Below, piece by piece: positions 28,495 to 42,138 of a DNA stretch of 64,000 nucleotides. The notes beneath the pieces are model-generated. The model saw only the letters and a program-made list of their open reading frames with translations, ran no database searches and was not told where the DNA came from. Numbering within the stretch: the first letter of the stretch is position 1; the number at the start of each line of letters is the position of its first letter. The stretch spans positions 216,256,001-216,320,000 of the forward strand of contig OZ024741.1 in the NCBI GenBank assembly GCA_964016885.1, written 5' to 3'. The translations under genes and the position numbers were made by a program. This stretch comes from Eledone cirrhosa. Its lineage: Eukaryota.

Positions 28495-31400
28495 GTCACA
28501 CCAGATATGGTCACAGCTGATATAGTCACACCTGATATAGTCATATAGAATATAGTCACACCTGATATAGTCACACCAGATATAGTCACACAAGATATAG
28601 TCACACCAGATATAGTCACACCAGATATAGTCACACCTGATATAGTCACACCTGATATAGTCACGCTCGATATATACACGTAGAATATAATCACACCAGA
28701 TATAGTCACTCCATATATAGTCACACCAGATATAGTCACACCTGATATAGTCACGCCAGATATAGTCACACCTGATATAGTCACACCAGATATAGTCACA
28801 CCAACTATAGTCACACCAGATATAGTCACACCTGATATAGTCACACCTGATATAGTCACACCAGATATAGTCACACCAGATATAGTCACACCTGATATAG
28901 TCACACCTGATATAGTCACATAGAACACAGTCACACCAGAGATAGTCACACCAGATATAGTCACACCTGATATAGTCACACCAGATATAGTCACCCCAGA
29001 TATAGTCACACCAGATATAGTCACATCTGATATAGTCACACCAGATATAGTCACACCAACTACAGTCACACCAGATATAGTCACACCTGATATAGTAACA
29101 CCAGATATAGTAACGTAGAATATAGTCACCCCTGATATAGTCACACCTGATATAGTCACACCTGTTATAGTCACACCAGATATAGTCACACCTGATATAG
29201 TCACACCAGATATAGTCACACCAACTATAGACACACCACATATAGTCACACCTGATATAGTCACACCTGATATAGTCACACCTAATATAGTCACACCAGA
29301 TATAGTCACACCAGATATAGTCACACCAGATATAGTCACACCTGATATAGTCACACCAGATATAGTCACCCCAGATATAGTCACACCAGATATAGTCACA
29401 ACTTATATAGTCACACCTAATATAGTCATATAGAATATAGTCACATCTGATATAGTCACACCAGATATAGTCACACCTGATATAGTCACACCAGATATAG
29501 TCACACCAGATATAGTCACCCAAGATATAGTCACCCCTGAGGGTAGTCACACCAGATATAGTCACACCTAATATAGTCACACCTGATATAGTCACACCTG
29601 ATATAGTCACACCAGATATAGTCACACCTGATATAGTCACACCAGATATAGTCACACCAGATATAGTCACACCAGATAGAGTCACCCCTGATGTAGTCAC
29701 ACCAGATATAGTCGCACCAGATATAGTCACACCAGATATAGTCACCCAAGATATAGTCACCCCTGAGGGTAGTCACACCAGATATAGTCACACCTAATAT
29801 AGTCACACCTGATATAGTCACACCTGATATAGTCACACCAGATATAGTCACACCTGATATAGTCACACCAGATATAGTCACACCAGATATAGTCACACCA
29901 GATAGAGTCACCCCTGATGTAGTCACACCAGATATAGTCGCACCAGATATAGTCACACCAGATATAGTCACACCAGATATAGTCACCCCTGATGTAGTCA
30001 CACCTGATATAGTCACACCTGATATAGTCACACCTGTTATAGTCACACCAGATATAGTCACACCAGATATAGTCACACCTGATATAGTCACACCTGATAT
30101 AGTCACACCAGATATAGTCACCCAAGATATAGTCACCCCTGAGGGTAGTCACACCAGATATAGTCACACCTGATATAGTCACACCTGATATAGTCACACC
30201 TGAAATAGTCACACCAGATATAGTCACACCTGATATAGTCACACCAGATATAGTCACACCACATATAGTCACACCATATATAGTCACACCTGATATAGTC
30301 ACACCTGATATAGTCACACCAGATATAGTCACCCAAGATATAGTCACCCCTGAGGGTAGTCACACCAGATATAGTCACACCTGATATAGTCACACCAGAT
30401 ATAGTCACACCTGATATAGTCACACCAGATATAGTCATACCTGATATAGTCACACCAGATATAGTCACACCACATATAGTCACACCATATATAGTCACAC
30501 CTGATATAGTCACACCTGATATAGTCACACCAGATATAGACACACCAACTATAGTCACACCTGATATAGTCACACCTGATATAGTCACACCAGATATAGT
30601 CACACCTAATATAGTCACATAGAATATAGTTACACCTGATATAGTCACACCAGATATAGTCACACCAGATATAGTCACACCAGATATAGTCACAACTTAT
30701 ATAGTCACACCTGATATAGCCACACCTGATATAGTCACACCAGATATAGTCACACCTGATATAGTCACACCAGATATAGTCACACCTGATATAGTCACAC
30801 CAGATATAGTCACACCTGATATAGTCACACCTAATATAGTAACACCTGATATAGTCATACCAGATATAGTCACACCAGATATAGTCACACCTGATATAGT
30901 CACACCAGATATAGTCACACCTGATATAGCCACACCAGATATAGTCACACCTGATATAGTCACACCTAATATAGTAACACCTGATATAGTCATACCAGAT
31001 ATAGTCACACCAGATATAGTCACACCTGATATAGTCACACCAGATATAGTCACACCAGATATAGTCACCCAAGATATAGTCACCCCTGAGGGTAGTCACA
31101 CCAGATATAGTCACACCTAATATAGTCACACCTGATATAGTCACACCTGATATAGTCACACCAGATATAGTCACACCTGATATAGTCACACCAGATATAG
31201 TCACACCAGATATAGTCACACCAGATAGAGTCACCCCTGATGTAGTCACACCAGATATAGTCGCACCAGATATAGTCACACCAGATATAGTCACCCAAGA
31301 TATAGTCACCCCTGAGGGTAGTCACACCAGATATAGTCACACCTAATATAGTCACACCTGATATAGTCACACCTGATATAGTCACACCAGATATAGTCAC

Positions 31401-34159
31401 ACCTGATATAGTCACACCAGATATAGTCACACCAGATATAGTCACACCAGATAGAGTCACCCCTGATGTAGTCACACCAGATATAGTCGCACCAGATATA
31501 GTCACACCAGATATAGTCACACCAGATATAGTCACCCCTGATGTAGTCACACCTGATATAGTCACACCTGATATAGTCACACCTGTTATAGTCACACCAG
31601 ATATAGTCACACCAGATATAGTCACACCTGATATAGTCACACCTGATATAGTCACACCAGATATAGTCACCCAAGATATAGTCACCCCTGAGGGTAGTCA
31701 CACCAGATATAGTCACACCTGATATAGTCACACCTGATATAGTCACACCTGATATAGTCACACCAGATATAGTCACACCTGATATAGTCACACCAGATAT
31801 AGTCACACCACATATAGTCACACCATATATAGTCACACCTGATATAGTCACACCTGATATAGTCACACCAGATATAGTCACCCAAGATATAGTCACCCCT
31901 GAGGGTAGTCACACCAGATATAGTCACACCTGATATAGTCACACCAGATATAGTCACACCTGATATAGTCACACCAGATATAGTCATACCTGATATAGTC
32001 ACACCAGATATAGTCACACCACATATAGTCACACCATATATAGTCACACCTGATATAGTCACACCTGATATAGTCACACCAGATATAGACACACCAACTA
32101 TAGTCACACCTGATATAGTCACACCTGATATAGTCACACCAGATATAGTCACACCTAATATAGTCACATAGAATATAGTTACACCTGATATAGTCACACC
32201 AGATATAGTCACACCAGATATAGTCACACCAGATATAGTCACAACTTATATAGTCACACCTGATATAGCCACACCTGATATAGTCACACCAGATATAGTC
32301 ACACCTGATATAGTCACACCAGATATAGTCACACCTGATATAGTCACACCAGATATAGTCACACCTGATATAGTCACACCTAATATAGTAACACCTGATA
32401 TAGTCATACCAGATATAGTCACACCAGATATAGTCACACCTGATATAGTCACACCAGATATAGTCACACCTGATATAGCCACACCAGATATAGTCACACC
32501 TGATATAGTCACACCTAATATAGTAACACCTGATATAGTCATACCAGATATAGTCACACCAGATATAGTCACACCTGATATAGTCACACCAGATATAGTC
32601 ACCCCATATATAGTCACCCCATATATAGTCACACCTGATATAGTCACACCAGATATAGTCACACCAGATATAGTCACCCCAGATATAGTCACACCAGATA
32701 TAGTCACACCTGATATAGTCACACCAGATATAGTCACACCAGATATAGTCACACCAACTACAGTCACACCAGATATAGTCACCCCAGATATAGTCACACC
32801 AGATATAGTCACACCTGATATAGTCACACCAGATATAATCACACCTGATATAGTCACACCAGATATAGTCACACCTGATATAGTCATATAGACTATAATC
32901 ACACCAGATATAGTCACACCAGATATAGTCACCCAAGATATAGTCACACCAGATATAGTCACACCTGATATAGTCACACCAGATATAGTCACACTAACTA
33001 TAGTCACACCTGATATAGTCACACCAACTACAGTCACACCAGATATAGTCACACCAGATATAGTCACACCTGATATAGTTACACCAGATATAGTCACACC
33101 TGATATAGTTACACCAGATATAGTCACACCTGATATAGTCACACCAACTATAGTCACACCTGATATAGTCACACCTGATATAGTCACATCAGATATTTTC
33201 ACACCTGATATAGTCACACCAGATATAGTCACACCTAATATAGTCACACCTGATATACTCATACCAGATATAGTCACACCAGATATAGTCACACCTGATA
33301 TAGTCACACCAGATATAGTCACACCAGATATAGTCACACCAGATATAGTCACACCTGATATAGTCACACCAGATAAAGTCACACCAGATATAGTCACACC
33401 TGATATGTCACACCGGATATAGTCAAACCAACTACAGTCACACCAGATATAGTCACCCCAGATATAGTCACACCAGATATAGTCACACCTGATATAGTCA
33501 CACCAGATATAGTCACACCAGATATAGTCACACCTGATATACTCATACCAGATATAGTCACACCAGATATAGTCACACCAGATATAGTCACACCAGATAT
33601 AGTCACACCAACTACAGTCACACCAGATATAGTCACCCCAGATATAGTCACACCAGATATAGTCACACCTGATATAGTCACACCAGATATAGTCACACCA
33701 GATATAGTCACACCAGATATAGTCACACCAGATATAGTCACACCAGATATAGTCACACCAGATATGTCACACCGGATATAGTCACACCAGATATAGTCAT
33801 ACCTGATATAGTCACCCCAGATATAGTCACACCAGATATAGTCACACCAGATATAGTCACACCAGATATAGTCACACCAGATATAGTCACACCAGATATA
33901 GTCACACCAGATATGTCACACCGGATATAGTCACACCAGATATAGTCACACCAGATATAGTCACACCAGATATAGTCACACCAGATATAGTCACACCAGA
34001 TATGTCACACCGGATATAGTCACACCAACTACAGTCACACCGGATATAGTCACACCAACTACAGTCACACCAGATATAGACACACCAACTACAGTCACAC
34101 CGGATATAGTCACACCAACTACAGTCACACCAGATATAGTCACACCTGATATAGTCACA
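28495..34159. repeat. 15-bp tandem satellite (ATATAGTCACACCWG) with a 1549-bp higher-order repeat
   Basis: About 5.7-kb array; variant monomers and ORF breakpoints recur at +1549 (29531/31080, 29757/31306, 30133/31682, 30344/31893, 30697/32246). Confidence 0.97.
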
Positions 34160-34409
34160 TACAAACATAGCTGAGTATATATCCGTATCTATATATGTAT
34201 GTGTGCGTGTGTATGTTTGAGTATGTTTGTGTATGTTTGAGTATGTTTGAGTATGTTTGTATATGTGTGTGTGTGTCTGTTGGTGTATGTTTCTGAGTGT
34301 GTACATACCTGAGTATATATCCGTATCTATATGTGTATGTTTATGTGTGTATATTTCTGTATGCTTGTGTGTATGTTTGTGTGTGAATATTTGTGTATGT
34401 TGGTGTATG

Positions 34410-35805
34410 TAATAGTGATGGCAGTTGTGTGGTGGTGGTGGTGTGGTGGTTCGGTGGTGGCGGTGGTAGTAGTGATTGCAGTGGTGTGGTGGTTGTGGTG
34501 GTGTTGGTAGTAGTGATTGCAGTGGTGTGGTGGTGGTGGTGGTGGTAGTAGTGATGGCAGTGGTGGTGCTGGTGTTGGTGGTGGTGGTGGTGGTGCTGTT
34601 GAGGGTGGTGGTGGTGGTGGTGGTGGTGGTAGTGATTGCAGTGGCGTGGTGGTGGTGGTGGTGTTGGTAGTAGTGATGGCAATAGTTTGGTTGTGGTGGT
34701 GGTGGTGGTAGTATTGGTAGTAGTGATGGCAGTGGTGTGGTGGTGGTAGTGGTGGTGTTTGTAGAAGTGATGGCAGTGGTGGTGGTGGTGGTGGTGGTGG
34801 TGGTGGTGGTGGTGGTGGTGGTGGTGGTGGTAGTAGTGATGGCAGTTGTGTGGTGGTGTTGGTGGTGGTGGTGGTAGTAGTAGTAGTGATGGCAGTGGTG
34901 TGGTGGTGGTGTTGGTGGTGGTGGTAGTAGTGATGGCAGTGGTGTGGTGGTGGTGGTGGTGGTGGTGGTGGTGGTTGTAGTAGTGATGTCAGTGGTGCGG
35001 TGGTGGTGGTGGTGGTGTTGGTAGTAGTGATGGCGGTGGTGTGGTGGTCGTGTTGGTGGTGGTGGTGATGTTGGTGGTGGTGGTGGTGGTAGTAGTGATG
35101 GCAGTGGTATGGTGATTGTAGTAGCGATGGCAGTGGTGTGGTGATGTTGGTGGTGGTGGTGGTGGTAGTAGTGATGGCGGTGGTGTGGTGGTGCTGGTGC
35201 TGGTGGTGTTGGTAGTAGTGATGGCAGTGATGTGGCAATGGTGTGGTGGTGGTGGTGGTGGTGGTGGTGGTGGTGGTAGTGATGGCAGTGTTGTGGTGGT
35301 GTAGATAGTAGTGATGGCAGTGATGTGTTGGTGGTCGTGGTGGTGGTGGTGGTAGTGGTGGTAGTGTTGTGGTTGTTGTTGTTGTGGTGGTTGTGGTAGT
35401 ATTGATGGCAGTGGATTGGTGTTGGCGGTGGTGGTGGTGGTGGTGTGGTTGTTGTTTTGGTTGTGGTGATGGTAGTAGTGAGGGCAGTGGTTTCGTGGTG
35501 GTGGTGGTTTGGTTGTTGTTGTGGTTGTGGTGATTGTATTAGTGAGGGCAGTGGTTAGGAAAGTGATGGCGGTGGTAGTGGTGGTGGTGATGGTGGTGGT
35601 GGTGGTGATGGTGGTGGTGCTGTGGCTGTTGTTGGGATCGGGGTGTTGGTAGTAGTGATAGCAGTAGTGGTGTTCATGGCGGTGGCGTTGTTCATTGTTG
35701 TGATTGTGTTGGTTATGGGGGTTAGTGGTGTTGGTGCTTGTTCTAGCTGTGGGGATTGTGTTGGTGGTGTTGAAGGTTTTGTTGATATTGTTGTTGTAGT
35801 TGTTG

Positions 35806-35837
<32 letters not shown>

Positions 35838-35891
35838 GGTGGTGGTGGTGGTGGTGGTGGTGGTGGTACTGGTGGCTGTGATTGTAGTGTC

Positions 35892-35923
<32 letters not shown>

Positions 35924-36590
35924 GTGGTGGTAGTGGTACTGGTGGTTGTGATTGTAGTGTTTGTTGTTGTTGTTGATGATGTTGTTGAGGTTAGTGATGT
36001 TGTTGTTGTTGTTGTTGGTGTTGGTGGTGGTGGTGGTGGTGGTGGTGGTTGTGATTTTAATGTTTGTTGTTTTTGTTGATGTTGTTGAAGTTGGTGATGT
36101 TGATATTGTTGTTGTAGTTATTGTTGTAGTTGTTGTTGTTGTTGGTGGTGGTGGTAGTGGTGGTAGTGGTGGTGGTGGTACTGGTGGTTGTGGTGGTAGT
36201 GGTACTGGTGGTTGTGATTTTAGTGTTTGTTGTTTTTGTTGATGTTGTTGTTGAGGTTGTTGATGTTGATGTTGATGATGTTGTCGTTGTTGTTATTGGT
36301 GGTGGTGGTGGTGGTGGTGATTGTAGTGGTGATGGTGATGGTGGTGGTGGTTGTAGTGGTGGTGGTGTTGGTGGTTGTTTGTGGCGGTGGTGTTGGGGAT
36401 TTTGGTTGTGGTGGTGTCGCTGATTGCAGTTGTGGTGGTGGTGGTGGTGGCGGTAATGTTGGTGTTTATGGTGGTACTGGTGGTGGTGGTGTTGGTGTTG
36501 GTGGTTGTGGTGGTAGTGGTGGAGGTGTTGGTGTTGGTGGTTGTGGTGGTGGTAGTGGTGGAGGTGTTCGTCGTGGCTGCCGTTGTTGTC
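34410..36590. repeat. Compound (GGT)/(GTT)/(GTA) low-complexity tract with recurring GTAGTGATGGCAGTGGTGT motif
   Basis: Seen directly in the sequence. Confidence 0.92.
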
Positions 36591-37195
36591 GTAGTCTTTG
36601 TATTGTATAAAATCGATTTTCTGCTAAAATGTTAAAATATTGCCATCGTTCTCCATACCTTTTCTACTGACAAACATAATTGGATTTGATTCGAAATTGT
36701 GATAAAGAATTCATTCAAAATATGAAGATATATATATATATATTTTTTTTTCCTCTAAATTTTTAATTTGATCCTTTTCTTAGACTTCATAAATCTTACA
36801 GACTAAAAGAGTTTCTTCATGAAAATCTGTAAAATAATTCAGTTTAACAGAGAACATTCAGTTAAAAATATGGCCTAGTTTGATGGGGGCATGAAAAGGC
36901 ATTCCGGATTAATAGATGCAATTATTTGATAAGAAATCAGAACATCAGAACATTTATATTCTTTTATTCTTTCATTCTTTTATTCTTGTGTTTGTTTCGT
37001 TCATTAGACTGTGATTAAGCCAGTGCACCGCCTTCGCAGTATTTGTTTCATTTTTTTTTCAACTGCGGCACTTATTTTATAAATCTTTGTTTTGTCGAAT
37101 CAGAAATTTATCGAACCTCAGTACAAGCAAAATCACAAACGTAAGCAATACACACAAAAATGCCCTCAAATACATACAGACCCCTCTCTCCAGAA

Positions 37196-37231
<36 letters not shown>

Positions 37232-37365
37232 ATTTAATATAGATGGTTTCTACAGGACTAGAACTGTTTAATTCGGGAGAAATCATCAGGAAGCCCTGAT
37301 GTATTGAGTACCTTACTTACTGCGGTTACCGCCGATTGAACCCAGGATAAACTTATCTATCTATC

Positions 37366-37403
<38 letters not shown>

Positions 37404-37405
37404 AA

Positions 37406-37451
<46 letters not shown>

Positions 37452-37842
37452 GTTTTTGAATCTCATTTGCAAGATTTCTTATTTGAAAACGTGTGTTGAA
37501 ACAGATATTGTTATACTTTTGGCGGGGAGGTCTTCTTTGTTCTGTCCGACACAACCTAATAAAACAAGATGGTGTAGAACGACCCCATAAAACACAACCC
37601 AATAAAACAAGATGGTGTAGAACAGAACAACCGATTGACACAAAATGACAAATTAGTCACTGAGGCCGCAGAATGTGTAACGAAAGAGCTTTGACAATAA
37701 ACAAACAGCCATCCAGTTATTAAACAAACCAATTGGAAATATTTGATAAATTGAAGTGAAAACCAACGGATGCGTGTGTTTTTATTGGCAGCATGACTCT
37801 CCCAATTATATATATATATATATATATATAGCTCTCTCGAAT

Positions 37843-38340
37843 GCTACTGGTAACATGTAACCCAGTACAATCTGTCTCATGGTCGGGTCGTCGGCGACTA
37901 AACTGGCAACCCCACCAAACTTGAAGGGTGATATTTGGACACCCTGCGGGATGAAATACAAGACCCGGCAAAGGGCGGAGGAAGTCAGCAGAATATCAAC
38001 GGCCATCCAAATAGTACATTTTTTTCACCTGGGAGTGAAAGGCCCCCAATTGTTATCACAACATCTCTCTAAGAGAAGGAAACTCTAAAAAAAAACCTGC
38101 GGCTGCGGAAGCATCCGATGATGTTGACAAGTTCTCCTTTTCGGGTAGTGTTTCCGATGCTCACAGAGTGGGATTGGTCGAGTGCAAGGCCTTTCCACAC
38201 TTAAAAAAACCTTCAAAGCACAGGCATTGCGTGTTAAGGGTATGTTACAGGTTTCTATGGCTGGCCGTAGCCTAAAGATGCACCAAACCCTGTATTCTGA
38301 CAAGCGATTGCAATAATCTTAGCAGAGTTTGCAACCATCA
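37843..38340 (+). mobile_element. Diverged RTE-partner element, tail-to-tail with the RTE LINE
   Basis: CTACTGGTAACATG..CATGGTCGGGTCG..GGCGACTAAACTGGCAACCCCACC matches the 5' part of the 40.5-kb copy; ends GCAACCATCA. Confidence 0.8.
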
Positions 38341-38369
38341 TATACATACATACATACATACATACATAC

Positions 38370-38410
38370 ATGATGGCTGCCCCCTCGTTATCGAGTATGG
38401 CCATTGCACA

Positions 38411-38481
<71 letters not shown>

Positions 38482-38513
38482 GAAAAAAAAAAAAAAAAAA
38501 AAAAAGGGAAAAG

Positions 38514-38546
<33 letters not shown>

Positions 38547-38666
38547 TATACACATATATATACATACACATATATATACACACACATACATACACATACA
38601 TACATATATACACACACACATACATACACATACACTCACACATATATACACACATACATTAATAAC

Positions 38667-38709
<43 letters not shown>

Positions 38710-38788
38710 GCAATAATATTAATAACGACAACAACAACAATAATATACATATTCATATATATATACACACACACGCACGCACATAAGC

Positions 38789-38826
<38 letters not shown>

Positions 38827-40418
38827 GATAGCAACTAACAGTGCTGCGATCGAATGTGGCTTTTTAGCCCAGCCAATGATCTAAAATGTCTTGCACAGAG
38901 TCGGCAACCAAAACCAAAACATTTACTGGGAATAGTCGGCTGTGGTTGGAGTTCGTGTACTTTTGCATGTCGCTTGAGTCCTCCTGCTGATTTACATTCT
39001 CTACCACATGTTTGGCAAGCATGATGAGTAGCATCTCCAACAGCAGCCTGGTAGTCAACCACTGGTCTTACTTTATGACTGCGAAGATGACTTTCGAGTC
39101 CAGCTTTGCTTAGGCAGAGTCTCGCACAGACGCTGCATGTCAGAAACATAGGAGGACCCTCGCCGTCTGGAAGTGCAACAGCAATACCCTTCCTCACGTC
39201 CCGCTTTACTTTCTCGTGTGCGATTCGAGATGCCTCAAAGGCAACTTTTCCCTCATATACAGTCTTTCTCCATTTATTACGATCAGCAGCAACATTTTCC
39301 CATGTATCAGCAGAGATGTTAGCGTCTTTCAGAGAGGCCTTCAAGGAATCCTTATACCTCTTTTTTGGTTTATGTGGCGGTCGTTTTCCTTTAACCAACT
39401 CTCCATAGAAGAGTTGTTTTGGTATTCTAGAATCCTTCATCCTGGCAAGGTGACCACTCCAACGGAGTCGCTGCTTAAGCACAAGAGCTTCTATACTGTC
39501 ACACATAGAGCTTTCCAAAATCTCGACATCACTGATGTGGTCCCTCCAGCGAACGCCATGTATCCGTCTGAGACACATCTGATGGAAACGCTCCAATTGC
39601 CTAAGGTGGCGTCGATATGTGACCCAGGTCTCGCAGGCATAAAGAAGACAAGAGAGTACACATGCCCTGTACACCCTTACCTTTGTCCTCCTGCATATGT
39701 CTCGCCGACCCCAGAGTCGCCTTTCTAGCTTTCCGAAAGCATCACTTGCTTTCCTAATCCTAAGTGAGATTTCACTGTCAAGGTTGCCGTATCGATTGAC
39801 AGTGCTTCCCAGGTAGACAAACTGATCAACCACTCCAAGTCGTTTGCCATACACATAGATGTTTGGTTCAGTGTACTGCCTACCAGGTGCAGGTTGGTAC
39901 ATGACGACGGTTTTCTTGAGACTGACAGTCAAACCCAGGGCAGTGCAAGCGTCAGAAAATACATTCAAAATGTGCTGCATATCACTCTCTGTGTGCGCTA
40001 CAAGATCGCAATCATCTGCATACAAGAGGTCTCTTATGACCGATGTAAATACCTTTGTCTTCGCAGCAAAGCGCCTGATGTTAAATATGCTGCCTGAGGT
40101 TCGATATCGGATGTAAACACCATGCTCGCAATTCCTGAATGCAACACAGAAAACCATTGCAAAGTATATGGCAAACAGGGTCGGTGCTGGAATATCCCCC
40201 TGTTTCACTCCATTTTTTACTGAGATAGGCTCCGACATGTTACCTCCGACATTAACCCAAGCCCTCATGTCGTCATGGAAAGACCTAACTAAAGCAAGGA
40301 ACTTATCAGGGCAACCAAGTTTCTGGAGAATCTTCCATAATGCATCTCTGTTGACAGTATCGAAAGCCTCTGTCAGATCGACAAAAACCTGATACAGATC
40401 CAAGCCCTGTTCAATGCA
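38370..40418 (-). mobile_element. 5'-truncated RTE-clade (BovB-like) LINE inserted in (CATA)n
   Basis: 3' end GGCCATACTCGATAACGAGGGGGCAGCCATCA(TGTA)n; microsatellite-filled 3' UTR; (CATA)n on both sides. Confidence 0.88.
38835..40418 (-). CDS. RTE-type reverse transcriptase C-terminal part with three C2H2 zinc fingers
   Basis: FVDLTEAFDTVNR, GVKQGDIPAPTLF, LYADD, FVYLGS, LRWSGHLARM, PKQLFYGEL, then CSVC..HLRSH, CQTC..HAKVH and CRLC..HIRSQH. No internal stop. Confidence 0.9.
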   Translation of the reverse strand, partial: CIEQGLDLYQVFVDLTEAFDTVNRDALWKILQKLGCPDKFLALVRSFHDDMRAWVNVGGNMSEPISVKNGVKQGDIPAPTLFAIYFAMVFCVAFRNCEHGVYIRYRTSGSIFNIRRFAAKTKVFTSVIRDLLYADDCDLVAHTESDMQHILNVFSDACTALGLTVSLKKTVVMYQPAPGRQYTEPNIYVYGKRLGVVDQFVYLGSTVNRYGNLDSEISLRIRKASDAFGKLERRLWGRRDICRRTKVRVYRACVLSCLLYACETWVTYRRHLRQLERFHQMCLRRIHGVRWRDHISDVEILESSMCDSIEALVLKQRLRWSGHLARMKDSRIPKQLFYGELVKGKRPPHKPKKRYKDSLKASLKDANISADTWENVAADRNKWRKTVYEGKVAFEASRIAHEKVKRDVRKGIAVALPDGEGPPMFLTCSVCARLCLSKAGLESHLRSHKVRPVVDYQAAVGDATHHACQTCGRECKSAGGLKRHAKVHELQPQPTIPSKCFGFGCRLCARHFRSLAGLKSHIRSQHC

Positions 40419-40472
40419 TACATACATACATACATACATACATACATACATACATACGTACATACATACATA

Positions 40473-41078
40473 CATGGTGGCTGCCAACTCGTTTTCGAGT
40501 ACGGCCACCATTTTATATCCATGTAGGAGAACCCCTACCGATGCGCTGAAGGAGTGTGACTTTTTAGTCCAGCCAGCGACTTGAAAACTCTGGTACAAAC
40601 ACTACACTTGTGACAATTATTGACACATAGTGCTGGGCCCATGGTACCATGTGATGACAAGTGCAGAGAGATCTCCAGATATAAAGCAATGCCTGTGCCG
40701 TGAAGCTTTTATAGTGAGCAAAGGCACTGCACAAAGCCAGTCCCACTCTCTTAACCAAGATGATATTTCCCGAAAAGAAGAACAAGTCAACATCATTGGA
40801 TACCATCAGGGTTACAGGTGTTATATCAGAGTTTTCCTTCTCCTAGAATTCTACCTTGACAAAGGCTAAGGGGTCATCTCTCCCGGTGATTTTGGATGGC
40901 CATTGACTCTTAAGAGGTCCTTTGCCCTTTGACAGGTTTTGTTTTTAGTCCTGCAGGATGTCCAAAGTCACGCTCCTCACCAAGAAACCTTGGTGGGGTT
41001 GCCAGTTTAGTCGCCAACGACCCGACCATGAGACGGTTGTACTGGGATACATGTTACCAGTAGCACCAGCTGGTGACC
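40473..41078 (-). mobile_element. Non-autonomous RTE-partner element (apparently full-length) between (CATA)n tracts
   Basis: Starts GGTCACCAGC and ends GGCCGTACTCGAAAACGAGTTGGCAGCCACCA(TGTA)n; CATA runs at 40417-40472 and 41079-41188. Confidence 0.88.
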
Positions 41079-41159
41079 ATACATACATACATACATACAT
41101 ACATACATACATACATACATACATACATACATACATACATACATACATACATACATACA

Positions 41160-41193
<34 letters not shown>

Positions 41194-41327
41194 GAATAAG
41201 AAAATGCGAAGTAGTTTCAGATGTTATAGTCCTTTAACAAAAGAACGGGCGAAGGATTCAAGCACACACGCTTTTTCCGTTCCCTTATCGATTCAATTTG
41301 GATTGCCTCGGGAACATAACCTTATTA

Positions 41328-41398
41328 TGTCTGATGATGTCACGGCACTGGGTACACCGACGCGTGTGGCCACTGTCGTCATTGAAATATGTATCACA
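41328..41398 (+). ncRNA. Type I hammerhead ribozyme in a terminal-repeat fragment (41193-41453) with an inverted 3' tip
   Basis: tgt-CTGATGA-tgtcACGGCA...TGTCGTcatt-GAAA-TATGTA-TC-aca; 41193-41236 is inverted relative to 41408-41453. Confidence 0.82.
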
Positions 41399-42138
41399 GC
41401 ATTATCATTAAAGGACTTTAACATCTGAAACTACTTCGCATTTTCTTATTCTAAATATACTTCGTTGATTGCTTGAATTGAATTGAATTGCATCAATGTT
41501 TACGGATGTTGGCTGCTTTGAGCTTTGTTTACCGCCCACATCGACCATGCATTGCTGCTTCCCTGTCGGGAATATGCAGACTCCGCCAGACCTCATAGAT
41601 TCCTCAAAGAATCAACATATTCTACTATACCCTCTATTGTATTGACTGAATTCCCTATCCTATTTTCAGGGCTTTTGGGATTCACATTGAAAATTCAGAC
41701 ACGAACATACACTAGGTATCACCTGATACCATTCCAACTCTTCCATCCTCTATATCTATATGTATAACCTTGTATTCTCCAACCGTACTATGCACCTTGA
41801 TCTGTATTTTATTTCTTCTGTATTGTGATTTCTTCGATATGTTCTTATATACTTCCTTTTTACGCCCTACATCACCAACCTAGGTATGACTGCATTTTAT
41901 TTATGTATTTTACTTATGTTTTTATTTATGTATTTATTTACTCCCTTTACTCTCATTATATACTTATCCTTGTACTCATTAGCACACGACCCTAGAATAT
42001 TACTCTCTGTACCCTTATATCTGTTTATCTTTGTTCACTCCCCCTACCCACCTAGGATTCACACTACATATAACCCGGACTAACTGGGGACTAACTAACA
42101 TTTCATCAGATTTTACCACTTTCAACTTCACATCACGG

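Noticed and set aside
28408-34306. VTISG and CDYIW pentapeptide-repeat ORFs; possible CRISPR-like array
   Set aside because: A 15-bp satellite with no unique spacers; 14- and 16-bp monomers break the frames, so no protein or CRISPR is supported.
37240-37292. Minus-strand CTGATGA..GAAAC hammerhead candidate (also CTGATGA at about 16903)
   Set aside because: Stems I and III cannot be formed convincingly; the 16.9-kb motif lies inside the RTE-partner body.
40419-40598. N-terminus of the 587-aa ORF
   Set aside because: Chance read-through from the partner element's 3' end and (TGTA)n into the truncated RT.
41500-41660. Possible decayed GIY-YIG C-terminus upstream of the duplicated module
   Set aside because: Only a vague R..KE pattern; too weak without a profile search.
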